Assembly (NCBI GenBank): GCA_001949185.1
Contig: BDGG01000001.1
Coordinates: 3,613,324 to 3,677,323, forward strand
Length of the DNA: 64,000 bases
Reading direction: 5' to 3'
Source of the DNA: Ramazzottius varieornatus
Lineage: Eukaryota > Animalia > Tardigrada
The notes under the pieces: generated by a model
Seen by the model: the letters and a program-made list of their open reading frames with translations, nothing else
What the model was told of the DNA's origin: nothing
The model's database searches: none
Shown: one piece after another, positions 1 to 13,064 of the stretch
Layout: every line of letters begins with the position of its first letter
How positions within the stretch are numbered: the stretch's first letter is position 1
Position numbers and translations under genes: made by a program

Positions 1-1489
1 CTCTTCAGTGTTCCCGTGTCGTGCGGCGTGCTGATAAACGATCCAGAATGACGAGGGTGCTTCCAGTGAGGATCACGTCTTCAGCTTGTACCGTAACTGC
101 GATTGAACGCCACAACCGCAGTGACGTCAGGGATATTACGGCATATACCGGTTAACTATCATGCGCAGTGACGTCACAGAAGTATTCGACTTGATTGAGC
201 ATCTGACTTGATTAGAAAAGCTCACTTAATTGATGACATCGTTGTTGCAAAATATCAAAGTAGCGGACCAGCGAGGGCTGCAAGGTCTGTGACTTGTTTC
301 CTCGTTTTTATGCTGTCACAGTAGGTTTTCTGGCCGCACTGAGTGTGTTACGTTTTGCCGGATGAAGTGATTGGTACGTTCTTGGGTAGCTGCTTTAGTT
401 TGCGAAATGCGCGTGCGAAGAGAGGTATTCGTTTCCAAAGGTTGGGCTGTTCGCGAAGTTAAGGTTGAGTCAAGTTGATTGCTGGGTCGTCCATCGTCCG
501 CAATTTCCATTTTCTGGAAGAATTAATAAAACTGCCATTTCTTGCGCGTATAAACATTGACTTACGCGCAAAAGCTATTTCGCACGTTAATTGATTCGGT
601 AGAAAACGTGAGCATATTGGTGGACGGAAGGAGTTTTATTATCATTTTTTGCTATCATGCAGAGAGCCTCAGTATAGGCAGGGCGTGGAAGCGTTTGAAG
701 AGGAGCACAAAATCATATCAGTCCGCAAATAGCTCTTTAGTCGCTTCTTCAGTGTTTGACGCATACAAATAGCTTGTCGATCGTCAGACAAAGTTTGCTG
801 ATGCAGCCACACGGAATGCCAATATCAATTTAAACAGTCGTGCGACCTTCGTTAAAATGTTCCCGATACCTGTCATGCTCGCCTAACCTTGGCTGAATTG
901 TCGTGTCTATTCGTAAACCTGAGCGGAAGCTTACCCAACTACCCATGCCTTCTCCTCAATTCCTAGCCAAGCTGACGTACCGGTGCGTATTCCTGGCGTG
1001 ATAACGAGCCCTCTCCACAAATCCCGACTCTACTCTAAAAATATGGCAACTCGGTAGTACCAAGCGTGGAGCTAACGAACGTGAGCCGGTATTCTACGGA
1101 AAGTGTCGGCATTGCAGAACCGAACTTATCGAGAGTCCGCGATAAGCAAAAAGAGGAACGGTATGAAAACCGCAAATCGGGAATCACATTGAAAAGTCAA
1201 AGCTGTTCACGGCTCACGTGGTTTTGCACCATCGGAACAGACACACAGTTATCGAAAGAAAACATGCAGGTGCAGTATTTTTGTCAAACAGAAAAATTTT
1301 GCTCCAAGAGGAAGAGCTTAAACAACAAAGACCCTTGTGGAAAAATCCGCAAGCCATTGTGTACAGAAATGAAAGCCAAACTAAAACAAAGGAACCCGTT
1401 GGCCTTTCCGGTCACCATGTCGATGTTACTCAAATCGAAGTCCGAAGAAACTGGCAGGAGATGCATGCAGTTATATCATAGATCGAAGT

Positions 1490-3012
1490 ACAGTATTACG
1501 AAGTGGCTATTTGCTCCCCCTTTTGGGTGGGTGGTGCTAATAGCCATCAACTATTTGCTCCACCCATCTGTGTGCAAGCAGCTGTCAGCTACTTGCGCCA
1601 CCCTTGAAGGAATCGTATCTAACCGATGTCTCGTCCACACCTGCACTAGCGGTGCCTTTCCGTTTTAGCCCATCTTACAGCTTCTTTGATATAGGATTTT
1701 CCACCTTTGCACCCCAGAAGATCCAGGGGTCTTGCGCAGCGTGAAAAAGGTGTAGTGGAATGATGAAGGGTGCCCTTAATAAAATCAACTAAATTGATAT
1801 TCGCAAATTCTCGTAACGCAGAAGTGTAGCTGGAGTGTCGCTCCATCAGGAGCAAGTAGCATGTGAAGTAAGGATGCGCATTCCGCCTGACTTGTTTCCT
1901 GGAACGAAATTCGGAGCGGAATTCTGAATTCCGTTCCGTTCCTTTTTTCCGTTTTCCAAAACGGCCGGATCAAAGATCGAAATTCCAAAGCTGCAGGATA
2001 GAAGACGAAAAACCAGTCGGAAGCTCGGCTTGGCCCTCGCTGACAAGCTCTTCAGGATGGTTTCCCAAGTGGCGCATGCCAGTCACATATAAAATCTGCG
2101 CCACTTGAAAAAGTCTACCCGCCGAGTTTGTTTGCCGAGCTCCGAAACGGGGCGCCAATCGTCGCGAAAAATGGTAATTCCACTCCGGAAAACCGACTTT
2201 CGACGAACGGAGCTCTCCGAGCGGAGAACGGAATGCGCATCCTTACTCAAATGCAGAGCGTAGATATGGTGACTGGCCCGATCTGATCCCGCCCCCAGAT
2301 TTCAGTCAGTTAAAAATTGGGAAAGGTGGTCTATCTCCCATCCCCTTGTACTTCCAGAGCTCAGGCTTTAGAGATGCCGGGGATGGAGAAGGTCACTGGA
2401 GAAGCTGGAGAAGCTCACTTGAAATAAAATCAGCGCACTGCGACGCGCAGCTGCATATGCAACCCACCGCGCTCGTGTATACAACGCGAACTGATTGAGT
2501 TGAATCCACAATTCAGTGGTACGAACAAGGCTTTCCGAACCGTTACAAATCTTGACAGGGTGTTGCGTCCACACTGCTGCACGCACCTGGTGCGTACGTA
2601 CAGCTCGCTGCCCTGCGAGCTCGCTGTTGCTCGGGTGGGCAGGCTTTCGCATTGAAATTTCAAGCTGGCCGTCAGCCAATCAAAGCTGCCTTCTCCATCC
2701 CCGGTATCTCTACCAGGCTTGTGTGGTCTTTCACGTATCAAGCTTCCTGCGCAGAAGCGTGTTCTGCAATGCCGCACGGTACACGGTGTAATGCATGGAC
2801 AGCCGCGCCACTTACTTCAATGTAAACTCTTGAAGAGCTATCGCAGTTGGGTAAAAGTAGATGGCCGAAGTGGGTGGTGCAAATAGTTTATGGGTATTCG
2901 TACTCACAGGTGGTGCAAATAGTGGATGGCTGCTTGCACCCAAAGGGTGGTGCGAATAGTTGATGGCTATTTGCGCCCAAAAGGAGGGGGCAAATAGCCT
3001 TTGCCTACAGTA
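1490..3012. mobile_element. Non-autonomous TIR DNA transposon
   Basis: ~75-bp imperfect inverted repeats (ggctatttgc...aatagccatcaactatt...gtgcaagcagc at ~1505-1582 versus the reverse complement at ~2928-2999), with subterminal gtggtgcaaatag repeats. It interrupts the ABCG duplicate near a TA. Confidence 0.7.
1859..2254. mobile_element. MITE nested in the TIR element
   Basis: TIRs gcatgtgaagtaaggatgcgcattccg / cggaatgcgcatccttactcaaatgc; it contains a CAAGTGGCGCA palindrome copy at 2066-2107. Confidence 0.7.
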
Positions 3013-3176
3013 AAAGCGTGGAACCAGTATCCAAAAACAGCAGCCAGCAGTAATCACACCAGTAAGTATGCTGCCTTTTGGAACAAGGAAGTAAGCAAGT
3101 GCTCTAGCGGTAATATCTGACTTTCTAGCGGAGTATCAGATAAGGGATGACTCGTAGAACCACAAAGAACATGCAG

Positions 3177-3763
3177 TATTTCTGTTCAGTACCCCGCGCG
3201 GGATGGGTAAGCGTCTAGAATGACTCTCTGGTCTTTCGTGTAGACTACGTCGTTCCCGGTATCCAGTACGGATTGCTGCCGCCAGAACGGACTGTTATGC
3301 ACCACGAAGGAGCCGCGGTACATCGCGTAAGCGTAAACTTGATCCCCAGTTCAGAGACAGAACCCTAGACAGGCCCACCGGGTGTTGGTTGCGCGTAAGA
3401 GGACGCACTGCAGCTCCTTTGCGAAGCACTACGTACGCATTGTAATCCTGAGCGGCGGTGCAACTTACACCAGCGCACCGCTGCTCAGTCAATCAAGCAC
3501 TTGCGGTGCTTCATAAGGTGAGAAAATGATATACCTCCGTGCATATCGCGTGCCTCTCAGTAACGGTCACTATTTGAATTACCAACATCTTGGATTCCAA
3601 TTGTACATTAAAATATTGTCGCGTCTCTGGGATTCCAATTCAATTCCGATTAATATCGAAATGCACAATATAGAATTTGTTATTTGAATTGTTGTATTGG
3701 AATCCGAAAACCGTCAAATGCGGCCATTTTCAATTACGTATTACAATAATCGGAACAACACTG
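3177..3763 (-). mobile_element. Truncated copy of the hAT MITE family found at 41432-42218
   Basis: Reverse complement aligns along its length with 41432-~42015 and retains one TIR (atcggaacaacactg). Confidence 0.85.
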
Positions 3764-4027
3764 TCCTAGACGAGACCATGTGATCCTTTTAGGTACACTC
3801 AGTACGGACGAGCATTGGTGTTTCTGTTGTCTTTTAATGTCGATGTATTCCACGTCGAAGTCCGAAGAAACGGGCAGGAGATGCGTTTAGTTATATCACA
3901 GATTGAAGTACAGCAGTAATTTGGAACAATCGTTCGAATACAAAAGCAAGCCATAATCATCGCTCAAGGAAGTATGCTACCTTTGAACAGGGAAGTAACA
4001 AGACGAAAATAGGAGGAAGAAGAGACT

Positions 4028-7000
4028 TCAACGGTAAGATCTGACTTTCCAGCGGAGTACTAGATAAGCGATGACTCGTAGAACCACAAAGAACATGCAG
4101 AGAACCAGGAAGTCCAGCCACCAGTGCGTGTTGGTGATGCCCATCTCATCCAGGAAGGACTTGGCGTCGGAGAAGTAGCACATGTTGGTTCCTTCCAGCA
4201 GCTCTTCAATTGTCTGGTTGGTTTGACAGATGGAGCCTCTGTCGAAGCCGTAAACAGCCAGCATGGCTCCCTCGAAGCTGTATCGCACGTATGAGATGTA
4301 TGACAGCCACTGCATATACTGTGGGATCATCTTGAGGGAGAGAAAAAATCCCGAGAAGAGCAGAATGGGGATGGCAGTGACGGGTCCCAGGAATACTGCG
4401 CTCTGCAACCCGGAAGAAAGTCTTACAAGCCATCAACAACAGACATACTGTATTCAGGACGTCTTCATCACATACTTGTAATGATAGTCCGGCTCCAACC
4501 ACTAGCCCCAGAGACTGCGCCACCAGCGACGTCTGTACGGCGAAGGTTAGGAAGATGGTAAAGCGGTAGAAGTCGCTTGGTTGGGCCGTCATCCACCACA
4601 CTATGCACCCGTAGATCAACGGGAAGACAATCTGGAACACCGGAAATGCCCTTGTTCAGACATTACTCATGAAAGTCTAGTGGGAAAGACCTGTCTTCTT
4701 ACCTGAAACGGTAGGTCAGCTAGCGTCTTGGAAAGGTAATAGGCCTTCAAGCTGTACCAGTAGTTGAGATGCTCCCTGACGAACACATTCATCTCCAACG
4801 GAACTATAGAGCAAGGAGCCAAAGCTGATTAACAGTCCGCCTTGGTCCACAACTTGGAAAGGAACCGCATTGCAATGAGACCTAAACTTACATGTAAGGA
4901 TAGTCGGCATGAGAGCTGTGAACATCAGGAACAGCATGGAGAAGAACATGCAACCGGCATTGAAGAAGACCTTGCTGCCATCCTGTCCAATATTCATGTA
5001 AAGGAGTCCAATCAGAACACCGATGACCACATGAGAAAGCAGACGAAGTCGCGTGAGTGTCTGTAAGAACAAGAAACGATTGCAGCATTGCAGGAAATTG
5101 GCACGAAAACTCTGAATAATCTTACGGTATCTCGAATAATGGACTTGAATGTGCGAATGAAGAGAACTCGGAACTGAGTGAGACAAGTCGTGGCGAACGA
5201 GTGGCATTCCGCTGTAACCACCACCGAGTTGCTGTCTTCGCACTGAGGCAATAAGGAAGTATCGACACCAGCGTGGCCATTTGCCGTTCCATTGCCGTTC
5301 ATCTCCACCAAACTTCCGTCGCTCGGCTTCTGGATATCCCCATCGCCCAGCTGAGGCAGGAAGGTGGAGGTGGCGGAAGACACGGTGTCGACATCGAAGC
5401 CTTGTCGCGGACTGCGTCGGGCCACACATCTGCAGGGAGTTTCGCGACAAGTACACATATCTTTCATCGAGCGCTTATGGGTTTCTTCAAAGACTCGGCA
5501 GGCTCCTTGCGAGACAGCGATGACGAGCTTGGCGATAATTTCTTCGCCGTAATCCCCGCTCGACACTTCCGTCACTAGAAGAAACGAAACCGATGCTGAC
5601 ATGTCTCCACCATCATTCACTCGACGTACACTACAGCAATTAGGTCGTTAGTTCTTACGGTAATCGGAAGGGTTGTGATAGGGAGGACACTTCAGTCCGA
5701 AAGATCCGAGAAAGGAAACTACCAGGCTTGTTCGGCCATCGTAGATACATTGTCCACTTGTGATCATGTACAGCTATAACAATTAAACATGCTTTGAGAC
5801 CTGCTAAACGAAAGTACAAAGTACCAGATCATGAAGTACGAAACGAGTACGCGTACACGTGTACGAAAGCAGGCAAAGTTGCATCGTGTTGTACGCTCGT
5901 ACTCGTACCTTGTCAAACATTTCGAATATTTTGGCACTGGGTTGATGGATGGTGCAAACAATGGTTCTCCCCCCTTTGCTCAAGTATTTGAGTAAAGATA
6001 CACACTGGAAACACGAAGAGCTGTCCAAGCCACTGCAAAAAGGAAAACCAACATCAACGCATGGAGCTTTGCTGGTCAAAGAATTTTCAATCAACACCCG
6101 TAGACAATTTTCGGCCCTGTTAGTTCTGCGAATATTCGGTTGTACCTGGTGGGTTCGTCGAAGAACATGACGGGTGGGTTGTTTACGAGTTCCTGTGCGA
6201 TGGCCAGCCGCTTTCGTTGTCCACCGGAAAGGCGTTCGGTTCGAGTATTAGAACATTCTATGAGTCCAAGCGTCTCCATAATGTCGTGGACCTATATTTG
6301 GAGCCATGGTAAATATGCGCCAGAATAGTATTAAGCCGGGTCCCAAACTTACAGCTGCACGTTTGTACTCGATATCCAGGCTTTCGTCCATCTTGAGATG
6401 GGCACTGATCATCATGGCTTCCATGACGGTAATGTGAGGCAGGAGCTGGTCGTCCTGCATGATGTACGCCGACATCTTGCGGAAAGAACGAAGGTCACGT
6501 TCTTGGCCGTTGATCGAGACGGTACCGCTGAGCTGCCGCGTCCTACGGAAATAGCACCTCGTTAATCTTCATCACTTTCCACTCTATGCTATTAGCAGCA
6601 AGTAGAGGAGGACATGCTGACGGCAAAGAAAAAAGCATTGCTTACTTATAACCGGCAAGGATATTCATTAATGTCGATTTGCCGGCTCCACTCGGTCCCA
6701 TAATGGCCGTCAAATCTCCAGACTGGATTTTTCCGCTGATTCCTTTCAGGATGGTCTTGAATCCTGCAATGAGGGATAACACGTCATAAGGAAACTCAGT
6801 TTTTGGAGTTTTCTTTATTTTCGTGGTAAAGTTGAATTTTTTTTTATAGTTTTATCATAATATGGGAGTTGGGCAAACAAACTCGACCAGAGCGTTTTCC
6901 CCAAGTGGTGCATGCCTCTGATGATACTGGCTGGTAACGTGCACCACTTGAGAAGCGATCTGGTCGAATTTGTTCGCCCAACTCCCATATTATGATAAAA

Positions 7001-8383
7001 CTATAAAAAATTCAAGTTTCCTTCCCTGGCATATATGGGCCTTTTATACAATTCGTATCGTTCAATGAACTGGAACGAGATCGAGCCATTCTTTGTAGAG
7101 TTCTCAGTTCTTTGCGTGAATGACAGACTAATTTTCTTATCTGGCCTCATGTGACGGATGCACAATTCGAGAACCTCAGATGGATACCGCTATTTTATCG
7201 ATCGTTTTCTGGTAAAAAAAACACAGCCGAAAGCTGATCTAATAGTCGACGCATCGAGCGCTCCCAGACCATCCCCACTGTTTAACATCACACAAACTTC
7301 CGTTTGAAGTTCAAAAAGAGCAGCTCGTCCAGGAGCACGTACTGTAATCCCTGTCAGCGATCTGCGCTCACGGTGCGTTCGGTGCAAGCCTTTTATGCGC
7401 GTGCCATCCAAATGAATCGATATCAAACATAAACCTACTAGCTGTGGAAAGCAGAAGCTCGTATAGCCGCCATATTTGGCTTTTTATGGGAGTTTTCCGT
7501 GTGCCTGTATTTTATGTCATCCCTCAAGTAATCTACGCGTGGTCGTTGGAGCGCGACAATAATTTCTGCAAAACAAACACTCTGCTGCCGTCTGAAATGT
7601 TCTCATAGATGGAAAGTGAGCAGCGGGATCAAACCAGATTGCTATCTAAAGTGGCGCAGATACTCAATGATGTTGCCTGAGAGTGTGCGCCACTTGTAAG
7701 AACCATCTGGTCCAATTCACTTGCTCACTTTTCATATTCAAAAAACTTTAATTGCGAAGCTGCTCGAATCGGGCAAGACCTTCGCGATAAACGCGTAAGA
7801 AGTATGGACAAAACTCCGTCTAAAAGTTCGAGTTTCCAAGTGGTTTGATAAAGCTTAGCAGATAAGTTTCATATTTCCCACACGAGTGATGATTACAGTG
7901 TTTGACTTGATGGACCTTGATCGCGTGTTACGGAAGAATCTGATGACTCTCTTGCTATTTCCCGGTTTCGCATCGAACGCACCTGCTGATGAAGGGCAGT
8001 GACAAGATTTCCCATCAATATGAATGAACTGACTGTATGACTCAATTTCACTGTATATTTCATGATCAAAACAAGGACCCACCTTTTCCTCTCTGGCGAC
8101 ATCCCGGCTCTTTGACAGAGTATCGGAGCTCGTGAAACTCAATGTCGACGGGATTACGCTTGGGTAAATGGCGCAGTTTGCCCGAACCGGCAGGAAGGAG
8201 AGGAAGCGCCGAGACTTCGGCAGGATGTCCATTCGGGATGGTCGTGCTGACCGTGAGTGTCGTCGATGCCGGCGGGGCAACAACGACAATCTTGGTGCTG
8301 TTGGCGTCCCACAATACGGGAACGACATCTGCTTCAGGTTCCATGACGTACGGATGGGGAAGAAGCTCGGCTTCGACAGCCAT
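4028..8383 (-). CDS. ABC transporter subfamily G half-transporter (ABCG1/ABCG4/white-like), multi-exon
   Basis: Spliced ORFs carry Walker [10 protein letters not shown] (~6670-6700), signature LSGGQRKR, Walker [22 protein letters not shown] and a C-terminal ABC2 TMD (LLFSGFF...[13 protein letters not shown]). GT-AG introns; large first intron. Confidence 0.95.
6832..7015. repeat. Long palindromic element (CAAGTGGCGCA-N27 family) in ABCG intron 1
   Basis: Arms of ~80 bp are near-perfect inverted repeats around a 27-nt spacer. Confidence 0.85.
7605..7740. repeat. Palindromic element, same family, ABCG intron 1
   Basis: aaagtggcgca 7648-7658, 27-nt spacer, tgcgccacttg 7686-7696. Confidence 0.75.
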
Positions 8384-11190
8384 CTGCTTCCTTGTCGATC
8401 ACTTCTCAAAAGCTGCAAAAATCAACCCTCCATCAGCATATAATTTCCCAGAATATTCCTATAAATTTTGAACAGCTGAGAAAATCGATCACAGTTTGTA
8501 GCACAAGTAAAGACTACACGTTTGAGTTCAGTGCGGAGTAAAAAGCGTCAAGGTTGTCGATCTGTCGACGATTTTACGAGCTATCTACAGCTAGCTAGCC
8601 AACTCTCTCCACACTGCGGACTAATCAGCAATAATTGATAAGTGGGCAACCTCAATTGTGTACTCTCTCGGGCTCACAGCTTTCTCTCTGTATAACGACG
8701 GACCGCGTGATACCGCAATACAGAACGTTGGAAAATTCTCGATTAGACTTTAAACTACCCAAATGAAGATAAAGGGATGCGAGACAAATACCTCTTTGTT
8801 CTTCCGTCAACTCGCGCGCCACTGGACTGTACCGAACGCACTGTACGTGACTGGAGCAGACGACCGCACATTACGTTATACGGTGGCCTCGCTTGTCCCT
8901 TTCATTCAGCTGTTGGCTTGTGACCGGCAGCAAGGAGCCGCGCTGACGTCACGCTCATTCACGTGGTATTTTTCTGTGATGGTTTCTTACGGATGAATTT
9001 GCTTTAATGACTCCACGTAACTAAATGCGCTAATAGAAACGTAATCAAATGAAGAAAAAAGTTTCTCTTGCTGTGTCTGGGTGCAACAAAACAGAATTTA
9101 AATCTAAATCTTTAATTAGGCAAAGGAAAGGGGTGCCAAATGAGCTTTTGGATAATGGCCAAAGGCACTGTCCCGGCAGCTAATAAACAGGATGAAGCAC
9201 AAGGCGTGAGAAAAAGCCTGACTAATCAGCTGGACTGGAGGAGAAATATGTGTTTCAATGCACGTCAAAAACTACTCATCCTTAGTCCTCCTGACTTCCA
9301 CTCCTTGATCTAATTCCACCCAACATCCGCTCAGCCTCACTAACACCCTCTCCAACATATCGAACAGGCGACGATTCTCCGGCACGAGAAACTCATCACG
9401 AAACTCAAACACTCGCACACAACAAATTTACAAATAATGCGAATTCAACTGCAAATCTCGTAGATAATACTGACTATTAAATGTTGCCTCCAATCAAATT
9501 CAGAAGTATTCGAAAGGTTTTTATACACAGAGGTGTCCAAATAAAGACCAGGGAATCTCTTACCTAATTAAACCTCTCTTCCGTGGGAAATTCGATGGCC
9601 AGTCTCTATGCCATCATAACGGTCCGTTCGACCGAGCGAGGACGGTTCGAAAATGCGAAGAATAAAACAGGGCTGGGTTTATCCTTTGACTTGATGATCC
9701 AGAAATGTCACAGAGAAATCTTTTTTGCCTAGGGAAGAGCTGGCAAACGAGGCGAGTTCGATGGGGGACATGTAACAAAGAAGAACTGGGCTCGAATGAT
9801 CGATCCACTGTTTCCGCTGGCCAGCTTTGCATCCCTTTCCTTCTGCTATTTTACAAGCAACTGGCCGCGTACAAGACTGACAGACTTGTAAGTTCAAAAC
9901 ATAGTACTGTACTGATCTCGTTCTTTCTTTGCACTCTCATGATCAATCTCCTTGGCCCGTAAAGTCGACTTTACAGCAGCTGTCATTCGAGAAACAGCAT
10001 CGCAGCGTTCATCGACGCAGACGATGATCCAACTGGCCACGCCCTCCTTCGCACCGAACGTACTTTCGACTGTCCTTCCATAATCTGTGCAGGTTGTTAG
10101 CTTGATTGAGGAACCCGTAGAAACCCTGATTGGGAAAACCTCAGTTCATAACATCATAGGGGGCGCCACAGACTGATCATCTTTCACCCTGTGGCTCTGT
10201 TAATTATGCTTTGATTTGGTTTAATTCTGCTGCAGTTTTGGGAACAATATTTTGCAACAAAAGCACTACACATCTTTGGATCCAAAACGAACAGACGACA
10301 AAAATCCCGAGTAGTATGGTAATGAGGGGCGGAACATCGGCAGCTGGTAAAATTTTGTGAGAGTGCTACAGTATTTTCATTATGCGTGCAGCACTATTCA
10401 TTGCGTGTTTCCGACAAAGGAAATTTCCTTAATTTCCATTATTTGCGCAGTCTAGCAAGGTGGATATCGACCGATTTACTCCCATGTCTGCATCATTCAA
10501 AATTTTGCGTTCGATAAGCCAGAAACCGTGGTTCGGCACGACGGTGAATGACGCATCAGATCAAGCGGAAATACCGATGACAGCCATGACGCATCTGCGG
10601 AGAACCCATCTTCTCTGGCAGAACAGTTCATCTGTGATCAACATCATATCGATATCCACTTGCTTAATGTTTGCAGGATAAACTCAAGAACTGCTAAAAC
10701 ACAGCTAATAATTTTGGGATAATGTAGTAAACGCCGCAAGCCACTGAAGCCAGTCATGAGTTTTGAAGCAACACCAACAAACGGCTAGTCATCGCGAACG
10801 AACAGACTTCACTCTTCTTTGCTATCGAAAGCTTTATCAGGAGCTCAGACGCGTTGACAATATTCACACTATCAACTGTCGCGTAACGAACACATGGTAC
10901 ATTAAAAACGAGAAGTAGAAGAAGGTGATGAAACACTGGTTAGAAAAGCTCGTCGCCCATCAGCGTTGTCGGCATTGAATACAAAAGTTGTCAAGCAAAA
11001 CTACGCTTGATGAAATTAGCTATAACTAAACAAGAAACATCCCTAAGGATAATTTACAAATTTTTAGATACGATATACAGTGATTACACTAAGAGATAAA
11101 ACAAGAACGTGAGCGTAGAGTGAAGTTTAGAAGAATACTGAGGAGCTGATATTTTTTGGTTTGAGCTTTGAGGTTTTTTTGACATCTTTT

Positions 11191-12530
11191 TCAGGAAGAA
11201 GCAGCTCCTACGTTGAGCACTTCAGCTGGCAGAGTGAGGGTTATCGAGCCCGGAAGTGTACGAGCCGTACCGTCAGCCGAGTCATTCGGTAGAAGTTTTG
11301 GCCGGATTGTCGGATACAAGTCTTTGAAGACCATGGAAGTGACGATAGCTTCGACATCATCGACCGTAGAAGATGCCGGAGCCAGTCCCGTGGTCGTACC
11401 CCACATGATGCATTTACGCATATGCTTGATCAACGTACCTGGGTTCGTGAAGGGAGTGTTACAGTAGCGACATCGGTAGCTATCTGTCCCAGCTTTGCCA
11501 TGCGTCTTCATGTGGCGCGTCAACTTGCTGCTTTGCGAACAGGCGTACTCGCACAAGTTGCATCTGTATGGTTTCTCTCCTGGAAAAAAAACCGGAATGA
11601 GTGAATCAGGAAAGTGAGACGCCGGCAAACCAAACGTACAGCATCATTCTCGTAACTGGCGCACACCTTCGGCCCATAACAATGCACATGTGCGCCACTT
11701 GAAGTGACCATCTTGCACGCTTCGTTTGCCGGCCCTCACATTAAAATTTCAGCTCGAAATCAATTCTTACCAGTATGGCTTCGACGATGGACCGTCATAT
11801 TGCTGAAATTCTTGAAGCCTTTCCCGCAAATGTCACACGTATCCGGCCTTGCTCCGATCTTTTTCCTTCCAGAACATGACTTACCCCCTTCTCCCGGAGT
11901 ACCTTCGGTCAGCCCATCATTAAGCACGTTCCTGTCGTTCGAAGTCGCCCTTGTTCCCTCGTTCTTTTGACCTGCGTCTTCTTCGTCAGAAGATTCCGCC
12001 TCCATTTCTTTGATCAGACAGAATCCTGAAGCGTTCTCAGCATCTGCAGTGCGACTTCGCTTTCTCTTCTCTCGAGGACCTGTCACTGTAAACCATGAAG
12101 GAAGATGCCCAGGAAAGGTACCTGAGCGATCGGAGGTAGCTGAGTAGGAGCCATATAAGCGAGCTGCTAAGTTAGAGTCAACCAACACTTTCCGCTCTTG
12201 CCTCTTCTTTCCCTCGCCAACTGGCTCCACTTCTGCTGTCGCTTCAGGAACACTGGCAGGGAAGAGATCATTGGGCTTCTGTCCAGTGTGTGAGCGTATG
12301 TGGACGGCCAAGTTGCCTCGGAAGCGGAACTGCTTTTGACAGTGAGGGCATTGCGTTAATTCTTTAGGGGATTCTTCTTGTGCAGGTTCAGCTTCATCGT
12401 AGCCTAGGGAGACGGCGACAGAGTGAAGAAACGGTCGTGAGTATCGCTGGGTTCTCGTGGAGTCTATACAAGGTCCAGCTGGACGCGGATCGGTCGCCAA
12501 CGACAAGTGGTGATCATGAAGTTCATTCAT
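11191..12530 (-). CDS. BCL11A/B (Chronophage)-like C2H2 zinc-finger protein, short and divergent; 2 coding exons
   Basis: [25 protein letters not shown]|[27 protein letters not shown]...[10 protein letters not shown] matches the BCL11 C-terminal triple finger; one upstream finger [23 protein letters not shown]. Confidence 0.85.
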
Positions 12531-13064
12531 TGTGGAAGAAAGATTCGCGCTCGTTTACCTGCAACACAATACCCGTTCATTAAGTTGGCGGCAACGATCC
12601 TCCACAAAATTACCTCCAAGCATCCAGTCCTGGTTCAAGCTGGATACGCGAGGAGATCAACATGCAGAAGCATCGAGAGTACCAGTGTATTATGCAGCGA
12701 TTCCGAAACCGTAAGAAGGACGGAGCGAATCCGAAAGGAGCAACTGGACGATGATTCTCTGGAGTCTATTTCGATCCTCGATTCCTCTTGGACAATCCTC
12801 AAAGATCCCGTCGTTGATTAGCTGATTGAGCTTGAGCAGCCATCCATCACTCAGTTAATCAACTGAACTAACCTACGACACGCTAGCTGTCGTAAGAGTT
12901 ATCGCAATCCCTAATCTTAGTTAGCAGTTTAACTGCTGAGACATACACTTACGGTTGGTCAGTTGATGAGAATTCTTCCTTAAAATTCTTCTGTTGTCTG
13001 CGCCAGTTCCGCTGTGTCTAACCCTATCCGTCGCCGTTTGGAGATCACTAAGATGTGACGCAGG

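Larger units (their letters stand above)
1417..3177 (-). pseudogene. Degenerate direct duplicate of the ABCG last-exon end and 3'UTR, split by a TE insertion
   Basis: 1417-1492 matches ~3838-3912 (atgtcgatgt...tcgaagtccgaagaaac.ggcaggagatgc) and ~3010-3177 matches ~3913-4100 (gatgactcgtagaaccacaaagaacatgcag). Confidence 0.8.

Noticed and set aside
1066-1668. 200-aa ORF
   Set aside because: Non-ATG start; it runs through duplicated ABCG UTR and a TE terminal repeat; no recognisable motif.
2270-2320. DWPDLIPPPDF resembling the Tc1 WPxxSPDL motif
   Set aside because: Too short and degenerate, with no other transposase motifs in frame.
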